64,000 nt of DNA from an uncultured delta proteobacterium (GTDB taxonomy: Bacteria; Desulfobacterota; Binatia; Binatales; Binataceae): positions 616,143 to 680,142 of the forward strand of contig CAWCDG010000002.1 of NCBI GenBank assembly GCA_963794325.1. The letters are read 5' to 3'. Under the pieces are notes generated by a model. That model was not told where the DNA came from. It ran no database searches and worked only from the letters and a program-made list of their open reading frames with translations. The stretch's first letter is position 1. Every line of letters begins with the position of its first letter. Below, in pieces: positions 1 to 9,748 of the stretch. Position numbers and translations under genes: made by a program.

Positions 1-502
1 CGGTCGAGTGCACCTTCGTCATTCCCGGCTCATAAACGAACTGGTCGCGGATGAAAGCGACGATGCGATTCGCATACGCGGCCACATCTTCGGACGGATC
101 AGGTTTCGCCAGCCAGAAAAATTTGCGCATCGGGTCGCTGAACGGAACATTGCGGCTCGCGTTCAGGAAATCGTACTCGAGTCGATTGCGCACGTGATCC
201 TCGAGCAGGTACTCGCCGAACGGCATCGGTATCGAAGGCGGCTGCGAATCATGCGTGCGCTCGACCAGAGATTTCGTCATAACGATTAGCTCGGGGTGCG
301 GGTCGTGGAGCGAAAATCCGTAAACCCGATTGCCATAGTAGTCGTCGTATTCAAAGGTGGACGCGTCGGGGGTCAAATCCAAATCGAACTCGACGCATCG
401 TTGATTCGCGCCTTCCAGCGGGCGCATTCGCACTTCGTTGTGCGAATCGTAGGCGGGCGCCTGGTACTCGAAGCGAGTGGTGTGGCAGATCCGAAGCAGC
501 AT
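1..502 (-). CDS. Transglutaminase family protein, N-terminal part (runs off window edge)
   Basis: Manual translation from ATG at 502 (not in ORF track): MLLRICHTTRFEYQAPAYDSHNEVRMRP...DYYGNRVYGF..., typical bacterial transglutaminase N-terminus; lies directly downstream of the alpha-E gene. Confidence 0.85.
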   Translation of the reverse strand, partial: MLLRICHTTRFEYQAPAYDSHNEVRMRPLEGANQRCVEFDLDLTPDASTFEYDDYYGNRVYGFSLHDPHPELIVMTKSLVERTHDSQPPSIPMPFGEYLLEDHVRNRLEYDFLNASRNVPFSDPMRKFFWLAKPDPSEDVAAYANRIVAFIRDQFVYEPGMTKVHST

Positions 503-513
503 CGCGTCACAGT

Positions 514-1455
514 TCAATCGGTCCTGAGGTAGCGTTGAAAGACCTCGTCGCCCAGCGCGGCGCATCCGTCCTGAATCTGCAGCAGAAACTGATGCAGACC
601 GGATTTGATCACCTCGAGCGAGCGCTTCGATTGCATCAGCGCCAACAGTTCTTCGAGCTGTGCCGATGGCGGCGACGGCTCGGGTGACAGCCGCTTGATG
701 CGGTTGAGCGAAGTCTCGAGCATCGCGAGCGCGAATCGTGCCGAGCGCGGGAAGGTCGGATCGAACAGCAGGATCTCGACGACGTTGTCAATCCTGATCG
801 AGTTGCCAAAGCGCTTGCGATAGGCCTCGAGACCCGACGCGCTGCGCAGCACGGCCGCCCACTGCAGGATGTCGAGCGAGCCGCCGACATCTTCGAGCCG
901 CGGCAGCAGGAAGTGGTACTTGACGTCGAGCATCCGCGATACGTCCTCGGTCCGCTCGAGCATGATCCCGAGTTGCATGAAGTCGTACGCGATGTCGCGC
1001 GGGATGGTGCTCTGGCGAATGCCGGACAGGCGATAAAAGTTGTCTTTTAGGTCGGCGAAGAACGCGAACACGCCGGGCGAGACGAAAAGCTCCGGCGTCC
1101 ATTCCTGCGCATTGAGGTACAGCGTGTTGAGGTCGAGCCAAAGCTCGGACGAGATGTAATGGCGCAGCGAAATCGCGTTCTGGCGAGCGGTGTTGATACA
1201 ACTGCGAATCGAATTTGGATTGTCGGTATCGAGCGCGAAGAAGTTGAGGATCGAAGCGTCGTCGGCGGTCGAGTGCGACTCGGCGAATAGTTCGCGCTCG
1301 CCAAAAATCGCAAGCAGCGGCGCCCACGGCTGCGCGTCGCGCGGCGGACTTTCGATCAGCAGCTGGTAGTTGACGTCGAGCAGCCGCGCGCGCCATTCGG
1401 CACGTTCCAGATTGCAGGCGGTCCAGAAAAGGTGGCTCGCGATTCGCCGGAGCAT
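514..1455 (-). CDS. Alpha-E domain protein (DUF403)
   Basis: MLRRIASHLFW...LERAE..ARLLDV, DNPNSIRSC..ARQNA, LERTED..R motifs; overlaps the ATP-grasp stop codon. Confidence 0.92.
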   Translation of the reverse strand: MLRRIASHLFWTACNLERAEWRARLLDVNYQLLIESPPRDAQPWAPLLAIFGERELFAESHSTADDASILNFFALDTDNPNSIRSCINTARQNAISLRHYISSELWLDLNTLYLNAQEWTPELFVSPGVFAFFADLKDNFYRLSGIRQSTIPRDIAYDFMQLGIMLERTEDVSRMLDVKYHFLLPRLEDVGGSLDILQWAAVLRSASGLEAYRKRFGNSIRIDNVVEILLFDPTFPRSARFALAMLETSLNRIKRLSPEPSPPSAQLEELLALMQSKRSLEVIKSGLHQFLLQIQDGCAALGDEVFQRYLRTD

Positions 1456-2945
1456 CAGGCCTCGAGCACCCAGGTGTCCTTGCTGCCGCCGCCTTGCGAT
1501 GAGTTCACGATCAACGAGCCCTCGCGCAGTGCGACGCGGGTCAGACCGCCGGCCAGCACGCGCGGCTTGGCGCCCAGCAGCACGAACGGGCGAAAGTCGA
1601 TGTGCCGCGGCAACATCTGCATGCCGCTCGCGGAGCCATTGTGAATGATCGTCGGATGCACCGAGAGCGCGATGACTGGCTGCGCGATGAAGGCCGACGG
1701 ATCGTTGAGGATTCTTTCGCGCGTTTCCGCGAGTTCCTGTTCGCTCGCCTTTGATCCGATCACGACGCCGTAGCCGCCGGACGCGCCGGTCGGCTTGACG
1801 ACATAGCGCTCGAGATTTTTGACCACCTGATCGCGCACTTCAGGGTCGCGCAGCAGGTAGGTCTCGACGATCGGTAGAATCGGTTCCTCGGCCAGGTAGT
1901 AACGAATCATCGCGGGCGTGTACGCATAGACGGCCTTGTCGTCGGCGACTCCGGTGCCGACGCCGTTGGCAATCGCCGCGTTTCCAGCGCGCAGAACGGC
2001 GGTAAGGCCGGCAACGCCGAGCAGAGAATCGGGGCGGAAGACCAGCGGGTCGAGGAAGTCGTCGTCAATGCGCCGATAGAGAACATCTATCTGGCGGAGC
2101 CCGTGAACGTCTTTCATGTAGAGTTTGCGATCGACGCAAACGAGATCCACGCCTTCGACGAGCTCGATGCCCATCTGCTGCGACAGGAAGACGTGCTCGA
2201 AGAACGCCGAGTTGTACGGCCCAGGCGTGAGCAGTGCGATCGTCGGATTCGACTTGCCGGAGGGAGACAGTTCCTTCAGGCATTGCAAAAGGTCGGCGGG
2301 GTAGCGCTCGACGCTGCGCACGCGCGATGCGCGCATCAGGGTCGGTACCAGGCGCGTCATCACGACGCGATTTTCGATCACGTAAGAAACGCCGCTTGGA
2401 GTGCGCACGTTATCTTCGAGGACGTAGAAGCGGCCGTCAACGCCGCGCACCAAATCGATTCCCGCGACGGTGACGAAGTTGCCCAGCGGAGGCTTGATGC
2501 CCACGGCGGCGCGGCGGAACTGCGGGCATCCGAGAACCAGGTCGCGCGGGACGACGCCGTCGGACAGGATGCAACCGTCGCCGTAAACGTCGGCGAGAAA
2601 CGCGTTGAGCGCGCGCACGCGTTGAATCAGGCCCGCCTCGAGTGTGGCCCAGGTAGCCGCGTCGATCACGCGCGGAATCGGGTCGAACGGGAAGATGCGC
2701 TCGGAGCCGTCGGCGGCGCCGTACACATTGAAGGTGACGCCCATCCGGCGGAACATGCGGTCAGCGCGCGCGCAAATCTCGGTGAACTGCGCCGGCGTCA
2801 TCGAGAACAACGTATCGATTACGCCCGCACAGCCAATTCGCGGCTGGCTAGAAAGATCCATCATCTCGTCGAAAACGCTCGCGTCGGACTTGTACGCCGC
2901 CCAAACGGGCACCGCCTTGCCTGTTTCGGAAACAGTCGAATTCAT
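1455..2945 (-). CDS. Circularly permuted type 2 ATP-grasp protein
   Basis: GVTF..ERIFPFDPIPR, LEDNVRTPSGVSY, YRRIDDDFLDP, GGLTRVAL..VNSSQGGGSKDTWV. Confidence 0.95.
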   Translation of the reverse strand: MNSTVSETGKAVPVWAAYKSDASVFDEMMDLSSQPRIGCAGVIDTLFSMTPAQFTEICARADRMFRRMGVTFNVYGAADGSERIFPFDPIPRVIDAATWATLEAGLIQRVRALNAFLADVYGDGCILSDGVVPRDLVLGCPQFRRAAVGIKPPLGNFVTVAGIDLVRGVDGRFYVLEDNVRTPSGVSYVIENRVVMTRLVPTLMRASRVRSVERYPADLLQCLKELSPSGKSNPTIALLTPGPYNSAFFEHVFLSQQMGIELVEGVDLVCVDRKLYMKDVHGLRQIDVLYRRIDDDFLDPLVFRPDSLLGVAGLTAVLRAGNAAIANGVGTGVADDKAVYAYTPAMIRYYLAEEPILPIVETYLLRDPEVRDQVVKNLERYVVKPTGASGGYGVVIGSKASEQELAETRERILNDPSAFIAQPVIALSVHPTIIHNGSASGMQMLPRHIDFRPFVLLGAKPRVLAGGLTRVALREGSLIVNSSQGGGSKDTWVLEA

Positions 2946-3032
2946 CGCAAATCACCCTACCGCCCTGACTGGCGCGTAATTCAGCATCGCCAGCACCGCC
3001 GGTGTCTTTTAAGAGCAATCGACGGGCCAGAC

Positions 3033-5015
3033 TCAGGCGGGAATTTCGGCGTCGGTTTGCGCCAGGTACGCCTGGTAGTCGCGGTCCGTCGCGAGCAGGT
3101 GGGCATGCGTGCCGGAAGCGGCGATCGTACCGCCGTGAACGAACAAGACGCGGTCGCATGCCGCGAGGGTGCCGGCGCGATGAGCGACGATGATCACGAT
3201 TCGATTGCGCGCGAGCTCGGTCAGCGTTTTCAGGAGTTCTGATTCCGAGGCCGGGTCGAGCGGCGCGGCCGGTTCGTCGAGAACGATAATTTCAGGGCGT
3301 CGGAGGAGGGCGCGCGCGATTGCGATTCGCTGTTTCTGCCCGACCGACAGGCGCGCGCCGCGCCGCCCGAGCATCGTCGAGTAACCGTCGGGAAGGCGGT
3401 CGATAAATTCCGCGGCACCAGCCATCGCGGCAGCTTCGCGAACATCGGCATCCGAGCTGCTATCACTGCCATAGCGGATGTTGTCCTCGATCGAGGTCGA
3501 GAACAGCGACTCATTCTGAAAGACGAATCCGACGCGCGCGCGAATCGTGTCAGGCGCGACGGCGCGCGAATCGATCCCGTCGAAAGCGATCGTTCCCGCC
3601 GACGGTTCGACAAAACGCGGGATCGAGTGGATCAGCGTCGTCTTGCCGCATCCGCTGGGACCGGCCAGCGCAACCATCTCGCCCGCGCGCATCGACATCG
3701 TGACGTCCCTCAGCACTGTGGTCGCGCCGTACCCGACTGCGACGCCGTTGAATTCGAGACGGTTGAGGCGTCCGCTGAGTCCGTCGCCACTACCGTCGCT
3801 GACCGGCTCGGCAAGATTGTCGAGCACGCTATGCACGCGTCTCAGTCCCGCGACCGACGCCTGTATCGATGCCCATGTGCTGCCGATGGTAGACATCGGA
3901 CTCGCGAGCATCCCCATGTAGCCCGCGAGCAGGACGATATCGCCGAGCGTCATCTTGCCCACAATTACTTGCATCATCAGGTAGTAGAGGCTGTATCCGA
4001 TCAGCGCGCAGCTGACCGGCGCGAGCACGATTACGATCACGAAAAAGATCGCGAGCATCCGCAGTGTCGAGCGGAATGACTGCCAGCTTGCGGCGTCCAC
4101 CGCGGCGGTCTCGCGAGACTCCTGTCCGAATGCCTTGATAAGCTGGACCTGGGCGACGCGCTCTTCGAACGCGGCCATTACGTTGCTGCCGCTTTCCCGC
4201 ATTGATTGGCTCTGAGCGCGGATCACGCGTCCGAATAAACTGCTGCCGATTGCGACCACCGGCAAAAACAAAATGGAGACGGCGACGATCACCGGCTGAT
4301 TGCTGAACTGTATTGAGATCACGATGATCGCCATCACGAACATGAACACGGACATGATCGGCGCGAGCACGCCGCGATAAAATACCGGCCCGATCGATGC
4401 GGAGTCGTACATCACGCGGAACACGGCGTCCCCGATTTTCTGATCGGCGTAGAGCGCGAGCGGCGACCGCAAAAATCGCTCGTAGATCGCGCTGCGCAGC
4501 GATTGGTTCATCCGCTGCGTGAGATCGATCGTCACTCGCGACTCGAGATAGCCGAACAGGCCGTTCCACAGGCTGCCGCCGTCGTTGGCGTCGTTGGCGG
4601 TGATGCCCGCCTGGTCGAGACCGCCGCTGTTCACGTTGGTGCCGAGCGATTGCGCTTCGCCGTGAACCATCCCGATCAGGATGACGGTGAGAAAGAGAAA
4701 CAAAGAAACGGCGAGGAGTAGCCCGGATCGGCTGGTGCCGACCATCGGCGTCAAAATGGCGGAGGGAACGCCGGTCAGCGGATGGCCGTCGATGACGTTG
4801 TCGATGACGATCTTCAGCGGCCACGGCGTCATAAGAAAAAAGGTCAGCGATACGAACACCAGCGCGCACTTGATCGCTACGAGCCGCCGATAGCGGCTGA
4901 CATACGGCCAGCTCTTGATGAGAATGCGCCAGGCCTCGCGCAAGGTGAGCGGCGCTTGTTCGTCGGCGTAGAGCAGATTGGCGCGCGAGTCGCGCGATTC
5001 GGCGGCGTCAGCCAT
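3033..5015 (-). CDS. ABC exporter, fused permease/ATPase (half-transporter)
   Basis: TM domain followed by Walker A GPSGCGKT, signature LSVGQ, Walker B IIVLDE; start set at ATG 5015 (MADAAES), overlapping the end of the upstream ABC gene. Confidence 0.9.
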   Translation of the reverse strand: MADAAESRDSRANLLYADEQAPLTLREAWRILIKSWPYVSRYRRLVAIKCALVFVSLTFFLMTPWPLKIVIDNVIDGHPLTGVPSAILTPMVGTSRSGLLLAVSLFLFLTVILIGMVHGEAQSLGTNVNSGGLDQAGITANDANDGGSLWNGLFGYLESRVTIDLTQRMNQSLRSAIYERFLRSPLALYADQKIGDAVFRVMYDSASIGPVFYRGVLAPIMSVFMFVMAIIVISIQFSNQPVIVAVSILFLPVVAIGSSLFGRVIRAQSQSMRESGSNVMAAFEERVAQVQLIKAFGQESRETAAVDAASWQSFRSTLRMLAIFFVIVIVLAPVSCALIGYSLYYLMMQVIVGKMTLGDIVLLAGYMGMLASPMSTIGSTWASIQASVAGLRRVHSVLDNLAEPVSDGSGDGLSGRLNRLEFNGVAVGYGATTVLRDVTMSMRAGEMVALAGPSGCGKTTLIHSIPRFVEPSAGTIAFDGIDSRAVAPDTIRARVGFVFQNESLFSTSIEDNIRYGSDSSSDADVREAAAMAGAAEFIDRLPDGYSTMLGRRGARLSVGQKQRIAIARALLRRPEIIVLDEPAAPLDPASESELLKTLTELARNRIVIIVAHRAGTLAACDRVLFVHGGTIAASGTHAHLLATDRDYQAYLAQTDAEIPA

Positions 5016-6882
5016 GACTGACCTCGCGAATCGGTACGTCGACGAGCGCCGATCCGTCCGCGGCAACAATACGGCCGGCCGCAAGCTGATAGATTCGGTC
5101 GGCGCGGGATGCGGTGGTGCGCCGATGCGTCGCGAGAATCACCATGCGGCTGTCGGGCGCCGCGTTCACCCAATCGCGCAAGCCGAGCATCACAGCTTCT
5201 TCAGTGGCGACGTCGAGCGAGGAGGTCGGTTCGTCGAGCAGCAGAATCGGCGCGTTACGTAAAATCGCGCGGGCGAGGCCAAGCCGCTGCGCCTGCCCGG
5301 CCGAAAGCTTCGAGCCCTTTTCGCCAAGCATCGTGTCGAGTCCGGCCGGCAGAGAACGGACGAAGTCGCCGAGTCCCGCCCGCTGAATCGCTTCGACAAC
5401 TTCGGTAGTCGATGCGTTCGGGCGTCCGTATGCGACATTGTCGCGAATGGTCGCGCTGAAGAGTGGATTCTCCTGGAGCGCGACGGAAAGCATCCCGCGC
5501 CATGCGGAAAGATCGAAGCTGTCAATCGGTTCGCCGTCGAGCAGAATGCGGCCCGCCGTCGGATCGAAGAATCTCACTATCAGCGAAATGATCGTGCTCT
5601 TGCCAGAACCGCTAGGACCGGCGATTGCACTGATTTCACCGACTCGAGCCTCAAGATTCACCCCGGTAAGTACCGGCGTGCGCGGGTCGTAGCCGAAGGT
5701 CACCTGATCAAAAGTTATCGTCGTCGCGGACTTGGGCGGGAGTGCGTGGCCGCTGCGCACGCTTTGTTCGGGCGTTTGGCCGAGCATTTCGAGGACGCGC
5801 GAAATTGCGACGACGACGTCCTGCATGCTGCCCCACTGATCGGTGATGTTCCTGGTGCGCCTGCTGATATTCGAAAACAGCGTGATCGATCCCTGGAACA
5901 ATCCCAACGAAAGGGCGACGTGCGAGAAGCCCGCGGTTCCGCCCGCGAGCACTTCCGTTGCGCCGACGTACATCGCGGCGACATAGCCCAGACCGCGAAC
6001 AGTGTTGGTCGCGACGCGATATCGCGCCAGCATCAGGCGCGCGCGGCGTCCGGCAAGGAACGCGGTCCAATTGTCGCGCGCGTAATTCTCGGCTTCGCGA
6101 GCTTCGGTGCCGAAGGCTTTCACGGTTCTGATCGATGCGAGCGTCTCCTCGATGCGTGTGGTCGCGAGTGCGGTGGTTTCGCGTTCGCCGATGAACGCGG
6201 CGCGCAGCGAATCGGCGTATATCCAGCCCAGGATGAAGTTCGCGGGCATCAGCAGAACGACGATCAGTGCCATCCGGTAGTCGTACCAGAGCAGGTAAAG
6301 GATTGAGCCGATGGCGGCCGGGAAGAAAATCACCGGCTGAACGATCAGGCCGTCGATCACGTTGGGAATCGCGGCGGAATCCTGGAACATCCGGAAAATC
6401 GCATCGCCGATTTTCTCTTCGGAATGAAAACGGACGCTCAGTTCCTGCATCCGGGTGTAGAGATTGACGCGGAAGAGGTTGCTGATGCGCTGCAGAATCC
6501 AGACTGCGTAGCCGAGGAGAAATCCGACCGCGATCAACGCGACCACCGACATGACGCCGCCGACAACGCATGCGTGAATGAGGATAGTCTGCCGATCCGC
6601 ATGCAGCGGCACCCGGAGCATCCACGCCTCGCCGGGTTTCAAGGCGCCGCCGAGACCAACGACGTCGAAGAAAACGCGCACCAGCGTGAGTCCGACCAGT
6701 CCGCCGATCAGTGCCGGCAGCGTCAGCAGGAACAGATACACCAGATGGCGCCGGTATGGGCGGATGAACGGCCATGCGCGTGCGACGAGGCGGAACACGT
6801 CGCGCGAACGCAGCCGGCGAGCGTCGGGAAATGCCAGTTCGCTGGCAGGGGGTGGCGGCGCGACTGTCGGTTCAGGATTCAA
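5008..6882 (-). CDS. ABC exporter, fused permease/ATPase (half-transporter)
   Basis: TM domain followed by Walker A GPSGSGKS, signature LSAGQ, Walker B ILLLDE; shares KIGDA.FR motif with its neighbour. Confidence 0.9.
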   Translation of the reverse strand: MNPEPTVAPPPPASELAFPDARRLRSRDVFRLVARAWPFIRPYRRHLVYLFLLTLPALIGGLVGLTLVRVFFDVVGLGGALKPGEAWMLRVPLHADRQTILIHACVVGGVMSVVALIAVGFLLGYAVWILQRISNLFRVNLYTRMQELSVRFHSEEKIGDAIFRMFQDSAAIPNVIDGLIVQPVIFFPAAIGSILYLLWYDYRMALIVVLLMPANFILGWIYADSLRAAFIGERETTALATTRIEETLASIRTVKAFGTEAREAENYARDNWTAFLAGRRARLMLARYRVATNTVRGLGYVAAMYVGATEVLAGGTAGFSHVALSLGLFQGSITLFSNISRRTRNITDQWGSMQDVVVAISRVLEMLGQTPEQSVRSGHALPPKSATTITFDQVTFGYDPRTPVLTGVNLEARVGEISAIAGPSGSGKSTIISLIVRFFDPTAGRILLDGEPIDSFDLSAWRGMLSVALQENPLFSATIRDNVAYGRPNASTTEVVEAIQRAGLGDFVRSLPAGLDTMLGEKGSKLSAGQAQRLGLARAILRNAPILLLDEPTSSLDVATEEAVMLGLRDWVNAAPDSRMVILATHRRTTASRADRIYQLAAGRIVAADGSALVDVPIREVSHG

Positions 6883-6897
6883 TCGAATCGCATCGAC

Positions 6898-7383
6898 TCA
6901 CTTGCCGGGCGCGGCGCCCGCGGCCGCCAGTATCTGGTCTTCGAGGGTGAATTTAGATTTGCAAGCTACCGTATTTTGATTGCCGCCGAGCGCGTAACGC
7001 CCCTGGAAATCCGCCGACACCGAGGCGAGCGTCGAATGCGGCGTCGCCTTATCGAGTTTCACAGTGACGATGGCTGTGCCGTCCTGCAACTTGTAGATCA
7101 TCTGAACCGGACCGGTCTCGCAGAATGCCCAGTTGCGCCACGTCAGGTCATCGAGAGCGGTTTGCCTGGCGACCAGGGTGTGCGTGCGCTCATCGGCGCT
7201 GACGATCTGAAAGTGACTCAGCGATGAATCCGAAAAGTAATGCTTGAGGGAGGCGAACACTTCTCGCTCGGGCTTGGCTATCTCCTGAATTCGCGGAACG
7301 ATGCGCGGCGTTTCGATCGCGAAAGCGGTCGCGAAGATGGAGATAAGCAGGAGCGTTGTGATCGATGCGGCGCGGAGTTTCAT
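6898..7383 (-). CDS. Hypothetical secreted protein
   Basis: AAGGAGG RBS before ATG 7383; signal peptide MKLRAASITTLLLISIFATAFA; two Cys residues. Confidence 0.75.
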   Translation of the reverse strand: MKLRAASITTLLLISIFATAFAIETPRIVPRIQEIAKPEREVFASLKHYFSDSSLSHFQIVSADERTHTLVARQTALDDLTWRNWAFCETGPVQMIYKLQDGTAIVTVKLDKATPHSTLASVSADFQGRYALGGNQNTVACKSKFTLEDQILAAAGAAPGK

Positions 7384-7535
7384 GATTCCTCCTTGACAGG
7401 TACGAGCCTGACTGGTGTGAGGTTGCAAGCCTCTCACGATCATAACGGCTCGTGGAGCGGCTGGTAAAGGCGGTCGTGTGGCCCGCGAATACAGTTTGAT
7501 GGTAATTTCGCGGCGTAAACGCAAAAGGAGACCCC

Positions 7536-8342
7536 ATGCCTGCGCTTATATTCGAGAAACGAAATCACATCGCGTATCTCACGCTGAATCGGCCCGAGGT
7601 TCACAACTCATTGAATCCCGAGATGCTCGTCAGTCTTGCGGCAGCGTGGAAGGAGATCGATGGCGACGACGCGGTTCGCGCGACGATCGTGACGGGCGCC
7701 GGCAAGGTCGCGTTCTCGGCCGGCGCTGACCTGGGCAAGCTGATCCCGCTCTTCACCGGCGCGCGAAAGCCGGAGGACGAATGGGACAGCAAGCTGCTCG
7801 CGGACCGCAAGATCGGCGACATCGCATTGCTGCGCGGCTACGACATGGATAAGCCGGTGATTTCGGCGGTCAACGGCTTTTGCATCGCAGGCGGAATGGA
7901 ATTCATCCAGGGCACCGATCTTCGTGTCGCGTCGGAGAATGCGAGCTTCGGCTTGCAGGAAGTGAAGTGGGCGATCATTCCGGCGGCGGGCTCGCTCGCG
8001 CGATTGCAACGGCAAATTCCGTACTGCAAGGCGATGGAGATACTCCTGACCGGCAACCGGATCGATGCGCAGGAAGCGTGGCGTCTCGGGCTCGTGAACT
8101 ACGTCGTGCCGCAAGCGCAGTTGATCGCGAAGGCCGAAGAGCTTGCGGCGACCATCGCGCAGAACGGTCCGCTGGCAGTGCGGAAGATCAAAGAGGCCGT
8201 GCGTCGAACGTCGGGGCGTCCGTATGAAGAGGCTTTCAAGATCGAAAATGAAATCGCGCGCGAAGTCATGAAATCCGAGGACGCCAAGGAAGGCCCGCGC
8301 TCGTTCATGGAGAAGCGCACGCCGAATTACAAGGGGAGATAG
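7536..8342 (+). CDS. Enoyl-CoA hydratase/isomerase (crotonase) family protein
   Basis: TLNRPEVHN, AFSAGADL, KPVISAVNG..IAGGME, FGLQEV; AGGAG RBS. Confidence 0.93.
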   Translation: MPALIFEKRNHIAYLTLNRPEVHNSLNPEMLVSLAAAWKEIDGDDAVRATIVTGAGKVAFSAGADLGKLIPLFTGARKPEDEWDSKLLADRKIGDIALLRGYDMDKPVISAVNGFCIAGGMEFIQGTDLRVASENASFGLQEVKWAIIPAAGSLARLQRQIPYCKAMEILLTGNRIDAQEAWRLGLVNYVVPQAQLIAKAEELAATIAQNGPLAVRKIKEAVRRTSGRPYEEAFKIENEIAREVMKSEDAKEGPRSFMEKRTPNYKGR

Positions 8343-8371
8343 CGCCAATCTTCTCTGCCCGTCTCCCTGTT

Positions 8372-8556
8372 AGGAGGCCTTTGCATAAATTCACGCCGGC
8401 GGCGCAAAGCGAGACGCGCTGCGCGCGAGATCCTTCGCTGCGCTCAGGATGACACAAAGAACAGGACGACTCCTTGAGTCATTCTGAGCGAAAGCTGCTG
8501 TAGCGAAGAATCTCGACGGACGTTCCTGCGGCCGGCGTTATTTACGCAAAGCTCCT
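8372..8556. repeat. Nested palindromic element: family B halves inside an outer inverted repeat
   Basis: GAGATCCTTCGCTGCGCTCAGGATGAC (to 8453) and GTCATTCTGAGCGAAAG..GCGAAGAATCTCG (from 8478), enclosed by AGGAGGCCTTTGCATAAAT..ACGCCGGC / GCCGGCGTTATTTACGCAAAGCTCCT. Confidence 0.8.
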
Positions 8557-8659
8557 CTTTATAAGGGAGAGGATTAACCTCCCTAACCCTCGAAGGTGAG
8601 GGTCCGATTACAGCGCGCTGCTTTCGCGCGCGATTCAAGATTCTTTCCGTTCCGCAGCG

Positions 8660-9670
8660 CTAAGCTCCTGCCAAGGCGCGCATCGTGTTTGGATAGTCCC
8701 GCGCCGACGTTGCGGCCGGGCCGATTGGGAAGACTACCGGATGCGTTACGCCGGCGGCGCGGAACCTTGCAACGAAATCGCGGCCGGCTTGGGCTTTACC
8801 GAATACCGCGATTTTGCGGCACGATGCTTCCGAGATGGCTTTGGGAGCCTCGTCGCGCTTGCCTTCTTTCCACAGACGGCGCACTTCGTCGAACTCGGCG
8901 GCGAGACCGTAACGCGCGAACATCTTGTTGTAGCTGTCCACGAACGCGTAGCTGGCGAGCTCGCGGCGGAACGAATCTACCGCTTTGTCCTCATCTTCGG
9001 TGATGCACATGCGGATGTAGATGCCGACGTCGACGGCCGACGGATCGCGGCCCGCGGCTTTTGCGCCTTCAGCGATGTGCTGCACCATCGGCGCCATCGC
9101 TTCCGGTGGCGAGTAGTTCATCAGGACACCGTCGGCAACTTCTCCGGCGAGACGGAGCATCGGGGCGTTCAGGCCCGCGAGATAAATCTTCGGCGGATGC
9201 GGCGCCGTGATGCGCATGCTCAACTTGAAGTCGGACTTGTACACTTCGCCCTGGAACTTCGAACGGCCCTCGGTGAACAACTGGCGCATGATGGTGACGC
9301 ACTCGCGCATCGCGGTGACCGGCTTGCGATACGCCGCGCCGTGCCATCGCTCGACGATGATCGGACTCGACACGCCGAGCCCCGCGATCGCGCGGCCGCC
9401 GGACAGTTCGTTGATCGTGAGGAAGCCCATCGCCATCGCGCCCGGCGTGCGAATCTGAATCGGGATGACACCGGTGGCAAGTTCAGCCTTGCGAGTATTG
9501 ACCGCGAGCGCGGCGAGGCTGACGAACGCGTCGGGTCCGCTGACTTCGGCGATCCACAATGAGGTGTAACCGAGGTCCTCGGCCTCGCGGATGAGCGCGA
9601 GGCGAGCGGGGAGAGCGTCGGCACCGACGCCGACATTAGTCTGAAGTCCGAGCTTTTGGGTTGATGGCAT
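8660..9670 (-). CDS. Luciferase-like monooxygenase (LLM) family oxidoreductase, probably F420-dependent
   Basis: AEDLGYTSLWIAE, LATGVIPIQIRTP, LSGGRAIAGLG.S, IYLAGL..MLRLAGEVADG. Confidence 0.85.
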   Translation of the reverse strand: MPSTQKLGLQTNVGVGADALPARLALIREAEDLGYTSLWIAEVSGPDAFVSLAALAVNTRKAELATGVIPIQIRTPGAMAMGFLTINELSGGRAIAGLGVSSPIIVERWHGAAYRKPVTAMRECVTIMRQLFTEGRSKFQGEVYKSDFKLSMRITAPHPPKIYLAGLNAPMLRLAGEVADGVLMNYSPPEAMAPMVQHIAEGAKAAGRDPSAVDVGIYIRMCITEDEDKAVDSFRRELASYAFVDSYNKMFARYGLAAEFDEVRRLWKEGKRDEAPKAISEASCRKIAVFGKAQAGRDFVARFRAAGVTHPVVFPIGPAATSARDYPNTMRALAGA

Positions 9671-9748
9671 TGATGCGTCCGTGCGATTTTGATTTGCGCA
9701 GATTGTGCGGCTAATCGATTATGGCTGCAAGACACAGGAGCGTTGAAG

